A stretch of 64,000 nt of DNA, taken from NCBI RefSeq assembly GCF_009914755.1, contig NC_060933.1, one strand, 5' to 3'. Positions 43,561 to 59,700 of this stretch are shown one piece after another (position 1 is the first letter of the stretch; the number at the start of each line of letters is the position of its first letter). The position numbers and the translations under genes are program-made. The stretch comes from the human T2T-CHM13v2.0 reference genome, Homo sapiens. The notes under the pieces are model-generated. The model searched no databases. It was not told the DNA's origin and saw only the letters and a program-made list of their open reading frames with translations.

Positions 43561-46500
43561 GAATGAAACGGAATGGAATGGAATGGAATGGAATGGAATG
43601 GAATGGAATTGAACGGAATGGAATGGAATGGAATGGAATGGATTGGAATGGAATGGAATGCAATGGAATGGAATCAACCCGAGTGCAATCGAATGGAATC
43701 GAATGGAAAAGAATGCAATGGAATGGATTCAACTTGAATGGAATGGAAAGAATGGAATCAACACGAGTTGAATGGCATGGATTGGAATGGAATGGAATGG
43801 AATCAACCCGAGTACAGGGGAATGGAATGGAATGGAATGCAATGGAATGGAATCATCCGTAATGGAATGGAAAGGAATGGAATTGAATGGAATGGAATGG
43901 AATGGAATGGAATGGAATGGAATCAACTCGATTGCAATCGAATGGAATGGAATGGAATTAACCCGAATAGAATGGAATGGAATGGAATGGAATGGAACGG
44001 AACGGAATGGAATGGAATGGAATGGAATGGAATGGAATGGAACGGAAAGGAAGGGAATGGAATGGAATAGAATGGAATGGAATGGAATCAACGCGAGTGC
44101 AGGGGAATGGAATGGAATGGAATGCAATGGAATGGAATCTTCCGGAATGGAATGGAATGGAATGGAATGGAATCAACCCGAGTGCAATGGAATGGAGTGG
44201 AATGGAATGGAATGGAATGGAACAACCCGAATGGAATGGAATGTAATGGAGAGTAAGGGAGTTGAATAGAATCAATCCGAATGTAATGGAATAGAATGGA
44301 ATGGAATGCAATGGAATGGAATCAACCCGAGTACAATGGAATGGAATGGAATGCAATGCAATGGAATGGAATCATCCGTAATGGAATGGAAAGGAATGGA
44401 ATGGAATGGAATGGAATGGAATGGAATGGAATCAACTCGATTGCAATCGAATGGAATGGAATGGAATTAACCCGAATAGAATGGAATGGAACGGAACGGA
44501 ACGGAATGGAACGGAACGGAGTGGAATGGAATGGAATGGAATTGTATGGAATGGAATGGCATGGTATGGAATAGAATGGAATGGAAAGAATTGGAATGGA
44601 ATGGAATCGAATGGAATGGAATGGAATGGAATGGAATCAACCCGAGTACAGGGGAATGTAATGCAAAAGAATGCAATGGAATGGAATCATCCGGAATGGA
44701 ATGGAATGGAATGGAATTAATAGAATGGAATCAACCCGAGTGTAATGGAATGGAGTGAAATGGAATGGAATGGAATGGAACAACCCGAATGGAATGGAAT
44801 GTAATGGAGAGTAAGGGAGTTGAATAGAATCAATCCGAATGTAATGGAATGGAACGGAATGGAATGGAATGGAATGGAATGGAATGGAATGGAATGGAAT
44901 GCAATGGAATGGAATCAACCCGAGTACAATGGAACGGAATGGAATGTAATGTAATGGAATGGAATGGAATGGAATGGAATGGAATGGAATGGAATCAACC
45001 CGAGTGCAATGGAATGGAGAGGAATGGAATGGAATGGAATGGAAACTACCCGAATGGAATGGAATGTAATGGAGCGTAAGGGACTTGAATAGAATCAATC
45101 CGAATGGAATGGAATGGAATGGAACGGAATGTAATGGAATGGAATGAAATGGAATCAACCCGAGTGCAGGCGAATGGAATGGAATGGAATGCAATGGAAT
45201 GGAATCATCCGGAATGGAATGGAATGGAATGCAATGGAATGGAATGGAATCAACCCGAGTGCAATGGAATGGAGTGAAATGGAATGGAATGGAATGGAAA
45301 CAACCAGAATGGATTGGAATATATTGGAGTGTAAGGGAATGGAATAGAATGAATCTGAATGTAATGAAATGGAATGGAACGGAATGGAATGGAATGGAAT
45401 GGAATGCAATGGAATGGAATCAACCCGAGTGCAATCGAATGGAATCGAATGGAATGGAATGCAATGGAATGGATTCAACTTGAATGGAAAGGAAAGAATG
45501 GAATCAACACGAGTGGAATGGCATGGATTGGAATGGAATGGAATGGCATCAACCCGAGTACAGGGGAATGGAATGGAATGGAATGCAATAGAATGGAATC
45601 ATCAGTAATGGAATGGAAAGGAATGGAAAGGACTGGAATGGAATGGAATGTAATGGAATGGAATGGAATCAACTCCATTGCAATCGAATGGTATGGAATG
45701 GAATGGAATCAACTCGATTGCAATCGAATGGAATGGAATGGAATTAACCCGAATAGAATGGAATGGAATGGTATGGAACAGAACGGAATGGAATGGAATG
45801 GAATGGAATGGAACGGAAAGGAATGGAATGGAATGGAATGGAATGGAATGGAATGGAATGGAATGGAATGGAATCAACGCGCGTGCAGGGGAATGGAATG
45901 GAATCGAATGGAATGGAAAGGAATGGAATGGAATCAACCCGAGTGCAGGGGAATGTAATGGAACGGAATGCAATAGAATGGAATCATCCGGAATGGAATG
46001 GAATGGAATCAACCCGAGTGCAATGGAATGGAGTGGAATGGAATGGAATGGAATGGAACAACCCGAATGGAATGGAATGTAATGGAGAGTAAGGGAGTTG
46101 AAAAGAATCAATCCGAATGTAATGGAATGGAATGGAACGGAATGGAATGGAATGGAATGGAATGCAATGGAATGGAATCAACCCGAGTACAATGGAATGG
46201 AATGGAATGGAATGGAATGGAATGGAATGGAATGGAATGGAATGGACTGCAATGGAATGGAATCTTCCGGAATGGAATGGAATGGAATGGAATGGAATGC
46301 AATGGATTCAACTCGATTGCAATGGAATGGAATAGAATGGAATGGAATGGAATGGAATGGAATTAAACCGAATAGAATGGAATGGAATGGAATGGAACGG
46401 AACAGAACGGAAAGGAACGGAACGGAGTGGAATGGAATGGAATGGAATTGTATGGAATGGAATGGAATGGTACGGAATAGAATGGAATGGAAGAATTGGA

Positions 46501-48565
46501 ATGGAATGGAATCGAATGGAATGGAATGGAATGGAATGGAATCAACCCGAGTGCAAGGGAATGTAATGGGACGGAATGCAATGGAATGGAATCATCCGGA
46601 ATGGAATGGAATGGAATGGAATGGAATGGAATGGAAAGGAATGGAATCAACCCGAGCACAATGGAATGGAGTGGAATGGAATGGAATGGAATGGAACAAC
46701 CCGAATGGAATGGAATGTAATGGAGAGGAAGGGAGTTGAATAGAATCAATCCGAATTTAATGGAATGGAACGGAATGGAATGGAAGGGAATGGAATGGAA
46801 TGGAATGGAATGGAATGGAATGCAATGGAATGGAATCAACCCGAGTACAAAGGAACGGAATGGAATGTAATGTAATGGAATGGAATGGAATGGAATGGAA
46901 TGGAATGGAATCAACCCGATTGCAATGGAATGGAGAGCAATGGAATGGAATGGAATGCAATGGAATGGAATCATCCGGAATGGAAAGGAATGGAATGGAA
47001 TGCAAAGCAATGGAATCAACTCGATTACAATGGAATGGAATGGAATGGAAAGGAATACATTGGAATCAACCCGAGTGGAATGGAATGGAAAGGACTGGAA
47101 TGGAGTGGAATGGAATGGAATGGAATGGAATCAACTCGATTGGAATGGAATGGAATGGAATGGAATGGAATGGAATGGAATGGAATTAACCCGAACAGAA
47201 TGGAATGGAATGGAATGGAACGGATCGGAATGGAATGGAATGGAATGGAATGGAAGGGAATGGAATGGAATGGAAACAACCCGACTGCATTGGAATGGAA
47301 TGGAATGGAATGGAATGGAAGGACACGGAATAGAATGGAATGGAACGAAATGGAATGGAATGGAATGGAATGGAATGGAATCGTTCCGAGTGGAATAGGA
47401 GGGAATGTATTCGAGTGGAATGGAAAGGAATGGAATCAACCAGAGTGGAATGGAAGGGAATGGAATGGAATGGAAACTAATAGAATGGAATCAACCCGAG
47501 TGGAATGGAATGGAAAGGACTGGAATGGAATGGAATGGAATGGAATCAACTCGATTGTAATGGAATGGAATGGAATGGAATGGAATGGCATGGAATGGAA
47601 TTAACCCGAATACAATGCAATGGAATGGAATGGAACGGAATGGAGTGGAATGGAATGGAATCAACCCGAGTGCAGGGGAATGGAATGGAATGGAATGCAA
47701 TGGAATGGAATCATCCGGTATGAAATGGAATGGAATGGAATGCAAAGCAATGGAATCAACTCGATTGCAATGGAATGGAATGGAATGGAAAGGAATACAT
47801 TGGAATCAACCCGAGTGGAATGGAATGGAAAGGACTGGAATGGAGTGGAATGGAATGGAATGGAATGGAATGGAATCAACTCGATTGGAATGGAATGGAA
47901 TGGAATGGAATGGAATGGAATGGAATGGAATTAAACCGAATAGAATGGAATGGAATGGAATGGAACGGAACGGAACGGAATGGAATGGAATGGAATGGAA
48001 TGGAATGGAATGGAAACAACCCGACAGCAGGGGAATGGAATGGAAGGGAATGGAAACAACCCGACTGCAGGGGAATGGAATGGAATGGAATGTAAAGGAA
48101 TGGATTCAACTTGAATGAAATGGAAAGAGTGGAATCAACACGAGTGGAATGGCATGGATTGGAATGGAATGGAATGGAATCAACCCGAGTACAGAGGAAT
48201 GGAATGGAATGGAATGCAATGGAATGGAATTATCCGTAATGGAATGGAAAGGAATGGAATGGAATGGAATGGAATGGAATGGAATCAACCCGATTGCAAT
48301 CGAACGGAATGGAATGGAATTAACCCGAATAGAATGGAATGGAATGGAATGGAATGGAACGGAACGGAATGGAATGGATTGGAATGGAATGGAATGGAAT
48401 GGAATGGAACGGAAAGGAATGGAATGGAATGGAATGGAATGGAATGGAATGGAATGGAATCAACGCGAGTGCAGGGGAATGGAATGGAATGGAATGCAAT
48501 GGAATGGAATCTTCCGGAATGGAATGGAATGGAATGGAATGGAATGGAATGGAATGGAATGGAAT

Positions 48566-51500
48566 AAACCCGAGTGCAATGGAATGGAGTGAAATGGAAT
48601 GGAATGGATTGGAACAACCCGAATGGAATGGAATGTAATGGAGAGTAAGGGAGTTGAATAGAATCAATCCGAATGTAATGGAATGGAATGGAACGGAATG
48701 GAATTGAATGGAATGGAATGGAATGGAATGGAATGGAATCAACCCGAGTTCAATGGAATGGAGAGAAATGGAATGGAATGGAATGGAAACTACCCGAATG
48801 GAATGGAATGTAATGGAGTCTAAGGGAATTGAATAGAATCAATCCGAATGTAATGGAATGGAATGGAACGGAATGGAATGGAATGGAATGGAATGGAATG
48901 GAATGGAATGCAGTGGAATGGAATCAACCCGAGTGCAATCGAATGGAATCGAATGGAATGGAATGCAATGGAATGGATTCAACTTGAATGGAATGGAAAG
49001 AATGGAATCAACACGAGTGGAATGGCATGGATTGGAATGTAATGGAATGGAATCAACCCGAGTACAGCGGAATGGAATGGAATCGAATGCAATGGAATGG
49101 CATCATCCGTAATGGAATGGAAAGGAATGGAATGGAATGGAATGGAATGGAATGGAATCAACTCGATTGCAATCGAATGGAATGGAGTGGAATTAACCCG
49201 ATTAGGATGGAATGGAATGGAATGGAACGGAACGGAACGGAACGGAACGGAATGGAATGGAATGGAATGGAATGGAACGGAAAGGAAGGGAATGGAATGG
49301 AATAGAATGGAATGGAATGGAATCAACGCGAGTGCAGGAGAATGGAATGGAATGGAATGCAATGGAATGGAATCTTCCGGAATGGAATGGAATGGAATGG
49401 AATGGAATGGAATGGAATCCACCCGATTGCAATGGAATGGAGTGGAATGGAATGGAATGGAATGGAACAACCCGAATGGAATGGAATGTAATGGAGAGTA
49501 AGGGAGTTGAATAGAATCAATCCGAATGTAATGGAATGGAATGGAACGGAATGGAATTGAATGGAATGGAATGGAATGCAATGGAATGGAATCAACCCGA
49601 GTGCAATGGAATGGAGAGGAATGGAATGGAATGCAATGGAAACTACCCGAATGGAATGTAATGCAGTGTAAGGGAATTGAATAGAATCAATCCGAATGTA
49701 ATGGAATGGAATGGAACGGAATGGAATGGAATGGAATGGAATGGAATGGAATGGAATGCAATGGAATGGAATCAACCCGAGTGCAATCAAATGGAATCGA
49801 ATGGAATGGAATGCAATGGAATGGATTCAACTTGAATGGAATGGAAAGAATGGAATCAACACGAGTGGAATGGCATGGATTGGAATGGAATGGAATGGAA
49901 TCAACCCGAGTACAGGGGAATGGAATGGAATGGAATGCAATGGAATGGAATCAACCGTAATGGAATGGAAAGGAATGGAATGGAATGGAATGGAATGGAA
50001 TGGAGTGGAATGGAATGGAATGGAATCAAATCGATTGCAATCGAATGGAATGGAATGGAATTAACCCGAATAGAATGGAATGGAATGGAATGGAACGGAA
50101 CGGAATGGAATGGAATGGAATGGAATGGAACGGAACGGAATGGAATGGAATGGAATGGAATCAACGCGAGTGCAGGGGAATGGAATGGAATGGAATGCAA
50201 TGGAATGGAATCTTCCGGAATGGAATGGAATGGAATGGAATGGAATGAAATGCAATGGAGTCAACTCGATTGCAATGGAATGGAATAGAATGGAATGGAA
50301 TGGAATGGAATGGAATTAATCCGAATAGAATGGAATGGAATGCAATGGAACGTAATGGAACGGAATGGAATGGAATGGACTGGAATGGAATTGTATGGAA
50401 TGGAATGGAATGGTACGGAATAGAATGGAATGGAACGATTTGAAATGGAATGGAATTGAATGGAATGGAATGGAATGCAATGGAATCAACGCGAGTGCAG
50501 GGGAATGTAATGGAAAGGAATGCAATGGAATGGAATCATCCGGAATGGAATGGAATGGAATGGAATGGAATGGAATCAACCCGAGTGCAATGGAATGGAG
50601 TGGAATGGAATGGAATGGAATGGAACAACCAGAATGGAATGGAATGTAATGGAGAGTAAGGGAGTTGAATAGAATGAATCCGAAAGTAATGGAATGGAAT
50701 GCAACGGAATGGAATGGAATGGAATGGAATGGAATGCAATGGAATTGAATCAACCCGAGTACAATGGAATGGAATGGAATGGAATGGAATGGAATGGAAT
50801 GGAATGGAATGATACGGAATAGAATGGAATGGAACGAAATGGAATGGAATGGAACGAAATGGAATGGAATGGAATGGAATGGAATGGAATGGAATCAACC
50901 CGACTGCAGGGGAATGGAATGGAATGGAAGGCAATGGAATAGATTCAACTTGAATGGAATGGAAAGAATGGAATCAACACGACTGGAATGGCATGGATTG
51001 GAATGGAATGGAATGGAATCAACCCGAGTGCTGGGGAATGGAATGGAATGGAATGCAATGGAATGGAATCATCCGGAATGGAATGGAATGGAATGGAATG
51101 CAAAGCAATGGAATCAACTCGATTGCAATGGAATGGAATGGAATGGAAAGGAATACATTGGAATCAACCCGAGTGGAATGGAATGGAAAGGACTGGAATG
51201 GAGTGGAATGGAATGGAATGGAATGGAATGGAATGGAATCAAGTCGATTGGAATGCAATGGAATGGAATGGAATGGAATTAACCCGAATAGAATGGAATG
51301 GAATGGAATGGAACGGAACGGAATGGAATGGAATGGAATGGAATGGAATGGAATGGAATGGAATGGAATCAACCCGACTGCAGGGGAATGGAATGGAATG
51401 GAAGGCAATGGAATAGATTCAACTTGAATGGAATGGAAAGAATGGAATCAACACGACTGGAATGGCATGGATTGGAATGGAATGGAATGGAATCAACCCG

Positions 51501-54500
51501 AGTACAGGGGAATGGAATGGAATGGAATGCAATGGAATGGAATCATCCGTTATGGAATGGAAAGGAATGGAATGGAATGGAATGGAATGGAATGGAATGG
51601 AATGGAATCAACTCGATTGCAATCGAATGGAATGGAATGGAATTAACCCGAATAGAATGGAATGGAATGGAATGGAACGGAACGGAATGGAATGGAATGG
51701 AATGGAATGGAATGGAATGGAACGGAAAGGAATGGAATGGAATGGAATGGAATGGAATGGAATCAACGCGAGTGCAGGGGAATGGAATGGAATCGAATGG
51801 AATGGAAAGGAATGGAATGGAATCAACCCGAGTGCAGGGGAATGTAATGGAACGGAATGCAATGGAATGGAATCATCCGGAATGGAATGGAATGGAATGA
51901 ATGGAATCAACCCGAGTGCAATGGAATGGAGTGGAATGGAATGGAATGGAATGGAACAACCCGAATGGAATGGAATGTAATGGAGAGTAAGGGAGTTGAA
52001 AAGAATCAATCCGAATGTAATGGAATGGAATGGAACGGAATGGAATGGAATGGAATGGAATGGAATGGAATGGAATGGAATGGAATGCAATGGAATGGAA
52101 TCAACCCAAGTACAATGGAATGAAATGGAATGGAATGGAATGGAATGGAATGGAATGGAATGCAATGGAATGGAATCTTCCGGAATGGAATGGAATGGAA
52201 TGGAATGGAATGGAATGGAATGCAATGGATTCAACTCGATTGCAATGGAATGGAATAGAATGGAATGGAATGGAATGGAATGGAATGGAATGGAATTAAA
52301 CCGAATAGAATGGAATGGAATGGAATGGAATGGAATGGAACAGAACGGAACGGAACGGAACGGAGTGGAAAGGAATGGAATGGAATTGTATGGAATGGAA
52401 TGGAATGGTACGGAATAGAATTGCATGGAAAGAATTGGAATGGAATGGAATGGAATGGAATGGAATGGAATCAACCCAAGCGCAATGGAATGGAGTGGAA
52501 TGGAATGGAATGGAATGGAACAACCCGAATGGAATGGAATGTAATGGAGAGTAAGGGAGTTGAACAGAATCAATCCGAATGTAATGGAATGGAACGGAAT
52601 GGAATGGAATGGAATGGAATGGAATGGAATGGAATGCAATGGAATGGAATCAACCCGAGTACAACGGAATGTAATGTAATGTAATGTAATGTAATGTAAT
52701 GGAATGGAACGGAATGGAATGGAATGGAATCAATCCGAGTGCAATGGAATGGAGTGAAATGGAATGGAATGGATTGGAACAACCCGAATGGAATGGAATG
52801 TAATGGAGAGTAAGGGAGTTGAATAGAATCAATCCGAATGTAATGGAATGGAATGGAACGGAATGGAATTGAATGGAATGGAATGGAATGGAATGGAATG
52901 GAATCAACCCGAGTTCAATGGAATGGAGAGAAATGGAATGGAATGGAATGGAAACTACCCGAATGGAATGGAATGTAATGGAGTCTAAGGGAATTGAATA
53001 GAATCAATACGAATGTAATGGAATGGAATGGAACGGAATGGAATGGAATGGAATGGAATGGAATGGAATGGAATGCAGTGGAATGGAATCAACCCGAGTG
53101 CAATCGAATGGAATCGAATGGAATGGAATGCAATGGAATGGATTCAACTTGAATGGAATGGAAAGAATGGAATCAACACGAGTGGAATGGCATCGATTGG
53201 AATGTAATGGAATGGAATCAACCCGAGTACAGCGGAATGGAATGGAATGGAATGCAATGGAATGGAATCATCCGTAATGGAATGGAAAGGAATGGAATGG
53301 AATGGAATGGAATGGAATGGAATCAACTCGATTGCAATCGAATGGAATGGAGTGGAATTAACCCGATTAGGATGGAATGGAATGGAATGGAACGGAACGG
53401 AACGGAACGGAACGGAATGGAATGGAATGGAATGGAATGGAACGGAAAGGAAGGGAATGGAATGGAATAGAATGGAATGGAATGGAATCAACGCGAGTGC
53501 AGGAGAATGGAATGGAATGGAATGCAATGGAATGGAATCTTCCGGAATGGAATGGAATGGAATGGAATGGAATGGAATGGAATGGAATCCACCCGATTGC
53601 AATGGAATGGAGTGGAATGGAATGGAATGGAATGGAACAACCCGAATGGAATGGAATGTAATGGAGAGTAAGGGAGTTGAATAGAATCAATCCGAATGTA
53701 ATGGAATGGAATGGAACGGAATGGAATTGAATGGAATGGAATGGAATGCAATGGAATGGAATCAACCCGAGTGCAATGGAATGGAGAGGAATGGAATGGA
53801 ATGCAATGGAAACTACCCGAATGGAATGTAATGGAGTGTAAGGGAATTGAATAGAATCAATCCGAATGTAATGGAATGGAATGGAACGGAATGGAATGGA
53901 ATGGAATGGAATGCAATGGAATGGAATGCAATGGAATGGAATCAACCCGAGTGCAATCAAATGGAATCGAATGGAATGGAATGCAATGGAATGGATTCAA
54001 CTTGAATGGAATGGAAAGAATGGAATCAACACGAGTGGAATGGCATGGATTGGAATGGAATGGAATGGAATCAACCCGAGTACAGGGGAATGGAATGGAA
54101 TGGAATGCAATGGAATGGAATCAACCGTAATGGAATGGAAAGGAATGGAATGGAATGGAATGGAATGGAATGGAATGGAGTGGAATGGAATGCAATGGAA
54201 TCAAATCGATTGCAATCGAATGGAATGGAATGGAATTAACCCGAATAGAATGGAATGGAATGGAATGGAACGGAACGGAATGGAATGGAATGGAATGGAA
54301 TGGAATGGAACGGAACGGAATGGAATGGAATGGAATGGAATCAACGCGAGTGCAGGGGAATGGAATGGAATGGAATGCAATGGAATGGAATCTTCCGGAA
54401 TGGAATGGAATGGAATGGAATGGAATGAAATGCAATGGAGTCAACTCGATTGCAATGGAATGGAATAGAATGGAATGGAATGGAATGGAATGGAATTAAT

Positions 54501-56780
54501 CCGAATAGAATGGAATGGAATGCAATGGAACGGAATGGAACGGAATGGAATGGAATGGACTGGAATGGAATTGTATGGAATGGAATGGAATGGTACGGAA
54601 TAGAATGGAATGGAACGATTTGAAATGGAATGGAATTGAATGGAATGGAATGGAATGCAATGGAATCAACGCGAGTGCAGGGGAATGTAATGGAAAGGAA
54701 TGCAATGGAATGGAATCATCCGGAATGGAATGGAATGGAATGGAATGGAATGGAATCAACCCGAGTGCAATGGAATGGAGTGGAATGGAATGGAATGGAA
54801 TGGAACAACCAGAATGGAATGGAATGTAATGGAGAGTAAGGGAGTTGAATAGAATGAATCCGAAAGTAATGGAATGGAATGCAACGGAATGGAATGGAAT
54901 GGAATGGAATGGAATGCAATGGAATTGAATCAACCCGAGTACAATGGAATGGAATGGAATGGAATGGAATGGAATGGAATGGAATGGAATGGAATGATAC
55001 GGAATAGAATGGAATGGAACGAAATGGAATGGAATGGAATGGAATGGAATGGAATGGAATGGAATGGAATCAACCCGAGTGCTGGGGAATGGAATGGAAT
55101 GGAATGCAATGGAATGGAATCATCCGGAATGGAATGGAATGGAATGGAATGCAAAGCAATGGAATCAACTCGATTGCAATGGAATGGAATGGAATGGAAA
55201 GGAATACATTGGAATCAACCCGAGTGGAATGGAATGGAAAGGACTGGAATGGAGTGGAATGGAATGGAATGGAATGGAATGGAATGGAATCAAGTCGATT
55301 GGAATGCAATGGAATGGAATGGAATGGAATTAACCCGAATAGAATGGAATGGAATGGAATGGAACGGAACGGAACGGAATGGAATGGAATGGAATGGAAT
55401 GGAATGGAATGGAATGGAATCAACCCGACTGCAGGGGAATGGAATGGAATGGAAGGCAATGGAATAGATTCAACTTGAATGGAATGGAAAGAATGGAATC
55501 AACACGACTGGAATGGCATGGATTGGAATGGAATGGAATGGAATCAACCCGAGTACAGGGGAATGGAATGGAATGGAATGCAATGGAATGGAATCATCCG
55601 TTATGGAATGGAAAGGAATGGAATGGAATGGAATGGAATGGAATGGAATGGAATGGAATGGAATCAACTCGATTGCAATCGAATGGAATGGAATGGAATT
55701 AACCCGAATAGAATGGAATGGAATGGAATGGAACGGAACGGAATGGAATGGAATGGAATGGAATGGAATGGAATGGAACGGAAAGGAATGGAATGGAATG
55801 GAATGGAATGGAATGGAATCAACGCGAGTGCAGGGGAATGGAATGGAATCGAATGGAATGGAAAGGAATGGAATGGAATCAACCCGAGTGCAGGGGAATG
55901 TAATGGAACGGAATGCAATGGAATGGAATCATCCGGAATGGAATGGAATGTAATGAATGGAATCAACCCGAGTGCAATGGAATGGAGTGGAATGGAATGG
56001 AATGGAATGGAACAACCCGAATGGAATGGAATGTAATGGAGAGTAAGGGAGTTGAAAAGAATCAATCCGAATGTAATGGAATGGAATGGAACGGAATGGA
56101 ATGGAATGGAATGGAATGGAATGGAATGGAATGGAATGCAATGGAATGGAATCAACCCAAGTACAATGGAATGAAATGGAATGGAATGGAATGGAATGGA
56201 ATGGAATGGAATGCAATGGAATGGAATCTTCCGGAATGGAATGGAATGGAATGGAATGGAATGGAATGGAATGCAATGGATTCAACTCGATTGCAATGGA
56301 ATGGAATAGAATGGAATGGAATGGAATGGAATGGAATGGAATTAAACCGAATAGAATGGAATGGAATGGAATGGAATGGAACAGAACGGAACGGAACGGA
56401 ACGGAGTGGAAAGGAATGGAATGGAATTGTATGGAATGGAATGGAATGGTACGGAATAGAATTGAATGGAAAGAATTGGAATGGAATGGAATGGAATGGA
56501 ATGGAATGAAATCAACCCAAGCGCAATGGAATGGAGTGGAATGGAATGGAATGGAATGGAACAACCCGAATGGAATGGAATGTAATGGAGAGTAAGGGAG
56601 TTGAGCAGAATCAATCCGAATGTAATGGAATGGAACGGAATGGAATGGAATGGAATGGAATGGAATGGAATGGAATGGAATGGAATGCAATGGAATGGAA
56701 TCAACCCGAGTACAACGGAATGTAATGTAATGTAATGTAATGTAATGGAATGGAACGGAATGGAATGGAATGGAATCAAC
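48566..56780 (+). repeat. ~4.05-4.18 kb tandem duplication (about 48566-52730 and 52731-56780)
   Basis: ORFs 48858/53023, 49706/53876, 50255/54435, 51428/55479 and 52030/56086 match. Private variants gagtctaaggg, gtacagcgg, acccgattaggatgg, aatccacccg and cgaaagtaat are shared. Confidence 0.93.
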
Positions 56781-59700
56781 CCGAGTGCAATGGAATGGAG
56801 AGGAATGGAATGGAATGGAATGGAAACTACCCGAATGGAATGGAATGTAATGGAGTGTAAGGGAATTGAATAGAATCAATCCGAATGGAATGGAATGGAA
56901 TAGAACGGAATGTAATGTAATGGAATGGAATGGAATCAACCCGAGTGCAGGGGAATGGAATGGAATGGAATGCAATGGAATGGAATCATCCGGAATGGAA
57001 TGGAATGGAATGCAATGGAATGGAATGGAATGGAATCAACCCGAGTGCAATGGAATGGAGTGAAATGGAATGGAATGGAATGGAGACAACCAGAATGGAT
57101 TGGAATATAATGGAGTGTAAGGGAATTGAATAGAATCAATCTGAATGTAATGAAATGGAATGGAACGGAATGGAATGGAATGGAACGGAATGGAATGGAA
57201 TGGAATGCAATGGAATGGAATCAACCCGAGTGCAATCGAATGGAATCGAATGGAATGGAATGCAATGGAATGGATTCAACTTGAATGGAATGGAAAGAAT
57301 GGAATCAACACGAGTGGAATGGCATGGATTGGAATGGAATGGAATGGAATCAACCCGAGTATAGGGGAATGGAATGGAATGGAATGCAATGGAATGGAAT
57401 CATCCGTAATGGAATGGAAAGGAATGGAATGGAATGGAATGGAATGGAATGGAATCAACTCGATTGCAATCGAATGGAATGGAATGGAATTAACCCGAAT
57501 AGAATGGAATGGAATGGAATGGAACGGAACGGAATGGAATGGAATGGAATGGAATGGAGTGGAACGGAAAGGAAGGGAATGGAATGGAATAGAATGGAAT
57601 GGAATGGAATCAACGCGAGTGCAGGGGAATGGAATGGAATGGAATGTAATGGAATGGAATCTTCCGGAATGGAATGGAATGGAATGGAATGGAATGGAAT
57701 GGAATGGAATGGAATCAACCCGAGTGCAATGGAATGGAGTGGAATGGAATGGAATGGAATGGAACAACCCGAATGGAATGGAATGGAATGGAGAGTAAGG
57801 GAGTTGAATAGAATCAATCCGAATGTAATGGAATGGAATGGAACGCAATGGAATTGAATGGAATGGAATGGAATGCAATGGAATGGAATCAACCCGAGTG
57901 CAATGGAATGGAGAGGAATGGAATGGAATGGAATGGGAACTACCCGAATGGAATGGAATGTAATGGAGTGTAAGGGAATTGAATAGAATCAATCCGAATG
58001 TAATGGAATGGTATGGAACGGAATGGAATGGAATGGAATGGAATGGAATGGAATGGAATGCAATGGAATGGAATCAACCCGAGTGCAATCGAATGGAATC
58101 GAATGGAATGGAATGCAATGGAATGGATTCAACTTGAATGGAATGGAAAGAATGGAATCAACACGAGTGGAATGGCATGGATTGGAATGGAATGGAATGG
58201 AATCAACACGAGTACAGGGGAATGGAATGGAATGGAATGCAAAGGAATGGAATCATCCGTAATGGAATGGAAAGGAATGGAATGGAATGGAATGGAATGG
58301 AATCAACTCGATTGCAATCGAATGGAATGGAATGGAATTAACCCGAATAGAATGGAATGGTACGGAAGGAATGGAATGGAATGGAATGGAATGGAATGGA
58401 ATGGAATGGAATGGAATGGAATGGAATCAACGCGAGTGCAGGGGAATGGAATGGAATGGAATGCAATGGAATGGAGTCTTCCGGAATGGAATGGAATGGA
58501 ATGGAATTGAATGAAATGCAATGGATTCAACTCGATTGCAATGGAATGGAATAGAATGGAATGGCATGGAATGGAATGGAATTAATTCGAATAGAATGGA
58601 ATGGAATGGAATGGAACGGAATGGAACGGAATGGAATGGAATGGAATGGAATGGAATGGTATGGAATAGAATGGAATGGAACGAATTGTAATGGAATGGA
58701 ATTGAATGGAATGGAATGGAATGGAATCAACGCGAGTGCAGTGGAATGTAATGGAACGGAATGCAATGGAATGGAATCATCCGGAATGGAATGGAATGGA
58801 ATGGAATGGAATGGAATGGAATCAACCCGAGTGCAATGGAATGGAGTGGAATGGAATGGAATGGAATGGAACAACCCGAATGGAATGGAATGTAATGGAG
58901 AGTAAGGGAGTTGAATAGAATCAATCCGAATGTAATGGAATGGAATGCAACAGAATGGAATGGAATGGAATGGAATGGAATGCAATGGAATTGAAACAAC
59001 CCGAGTACAATGGAATGGAATGGAATGGAATGGAATGGAATGGAATGGAATGATACGGAATAGAATGGAATGGAACGAAATGGAATGGAATGGAATGGAA
59101 TGGAATGGAATGGAGTGGAATGGAATGGAATCGTTCCGAGTGGAATAGGAGGGAATGTATTCGAGTGGAATGGAAAGGAATGGAATCAACCAGAGTGGAA
59201 TGGAAGGGAATGGAATGGAATGGAAACTAATAGAATGGAATCAACCCGAGAGGAATGGAATGGAAAGGACTGGAATGGAATGGAATGGAATGGAATTAAA
59301 TCGATTGTAATGGAATGGAATGGAATGGAATGGAATGGAATGGAATGGAATTAACGCGAATACAATGCAATGGAATGGAATGGAACGGAATGGAGTGGAA
59401 TGGAATGGAATCAACCCGAGTGCAGGGGAATGGAATGGAATGGAATGCAATGGAATGGAATCATCCGGAATGGAATGGAATAGAATGGAATGCAAAGCAA
59501 TGGATTCAACTCGATTGCAATGGAATGGAATGGAATGGAAAGGAATACATTGGAATCAACCCGAGTGGAATGGAATGGAAAGGACTGGAATGGAGTGGAA
59601 TGGAATGGAATGGAATGGAATGGAATCAACTCGATTGGAATGGAATGGAATGGAAAGGAATGGAATGGAATGGAATTAACCCGAATAGAATGGAATGGAA

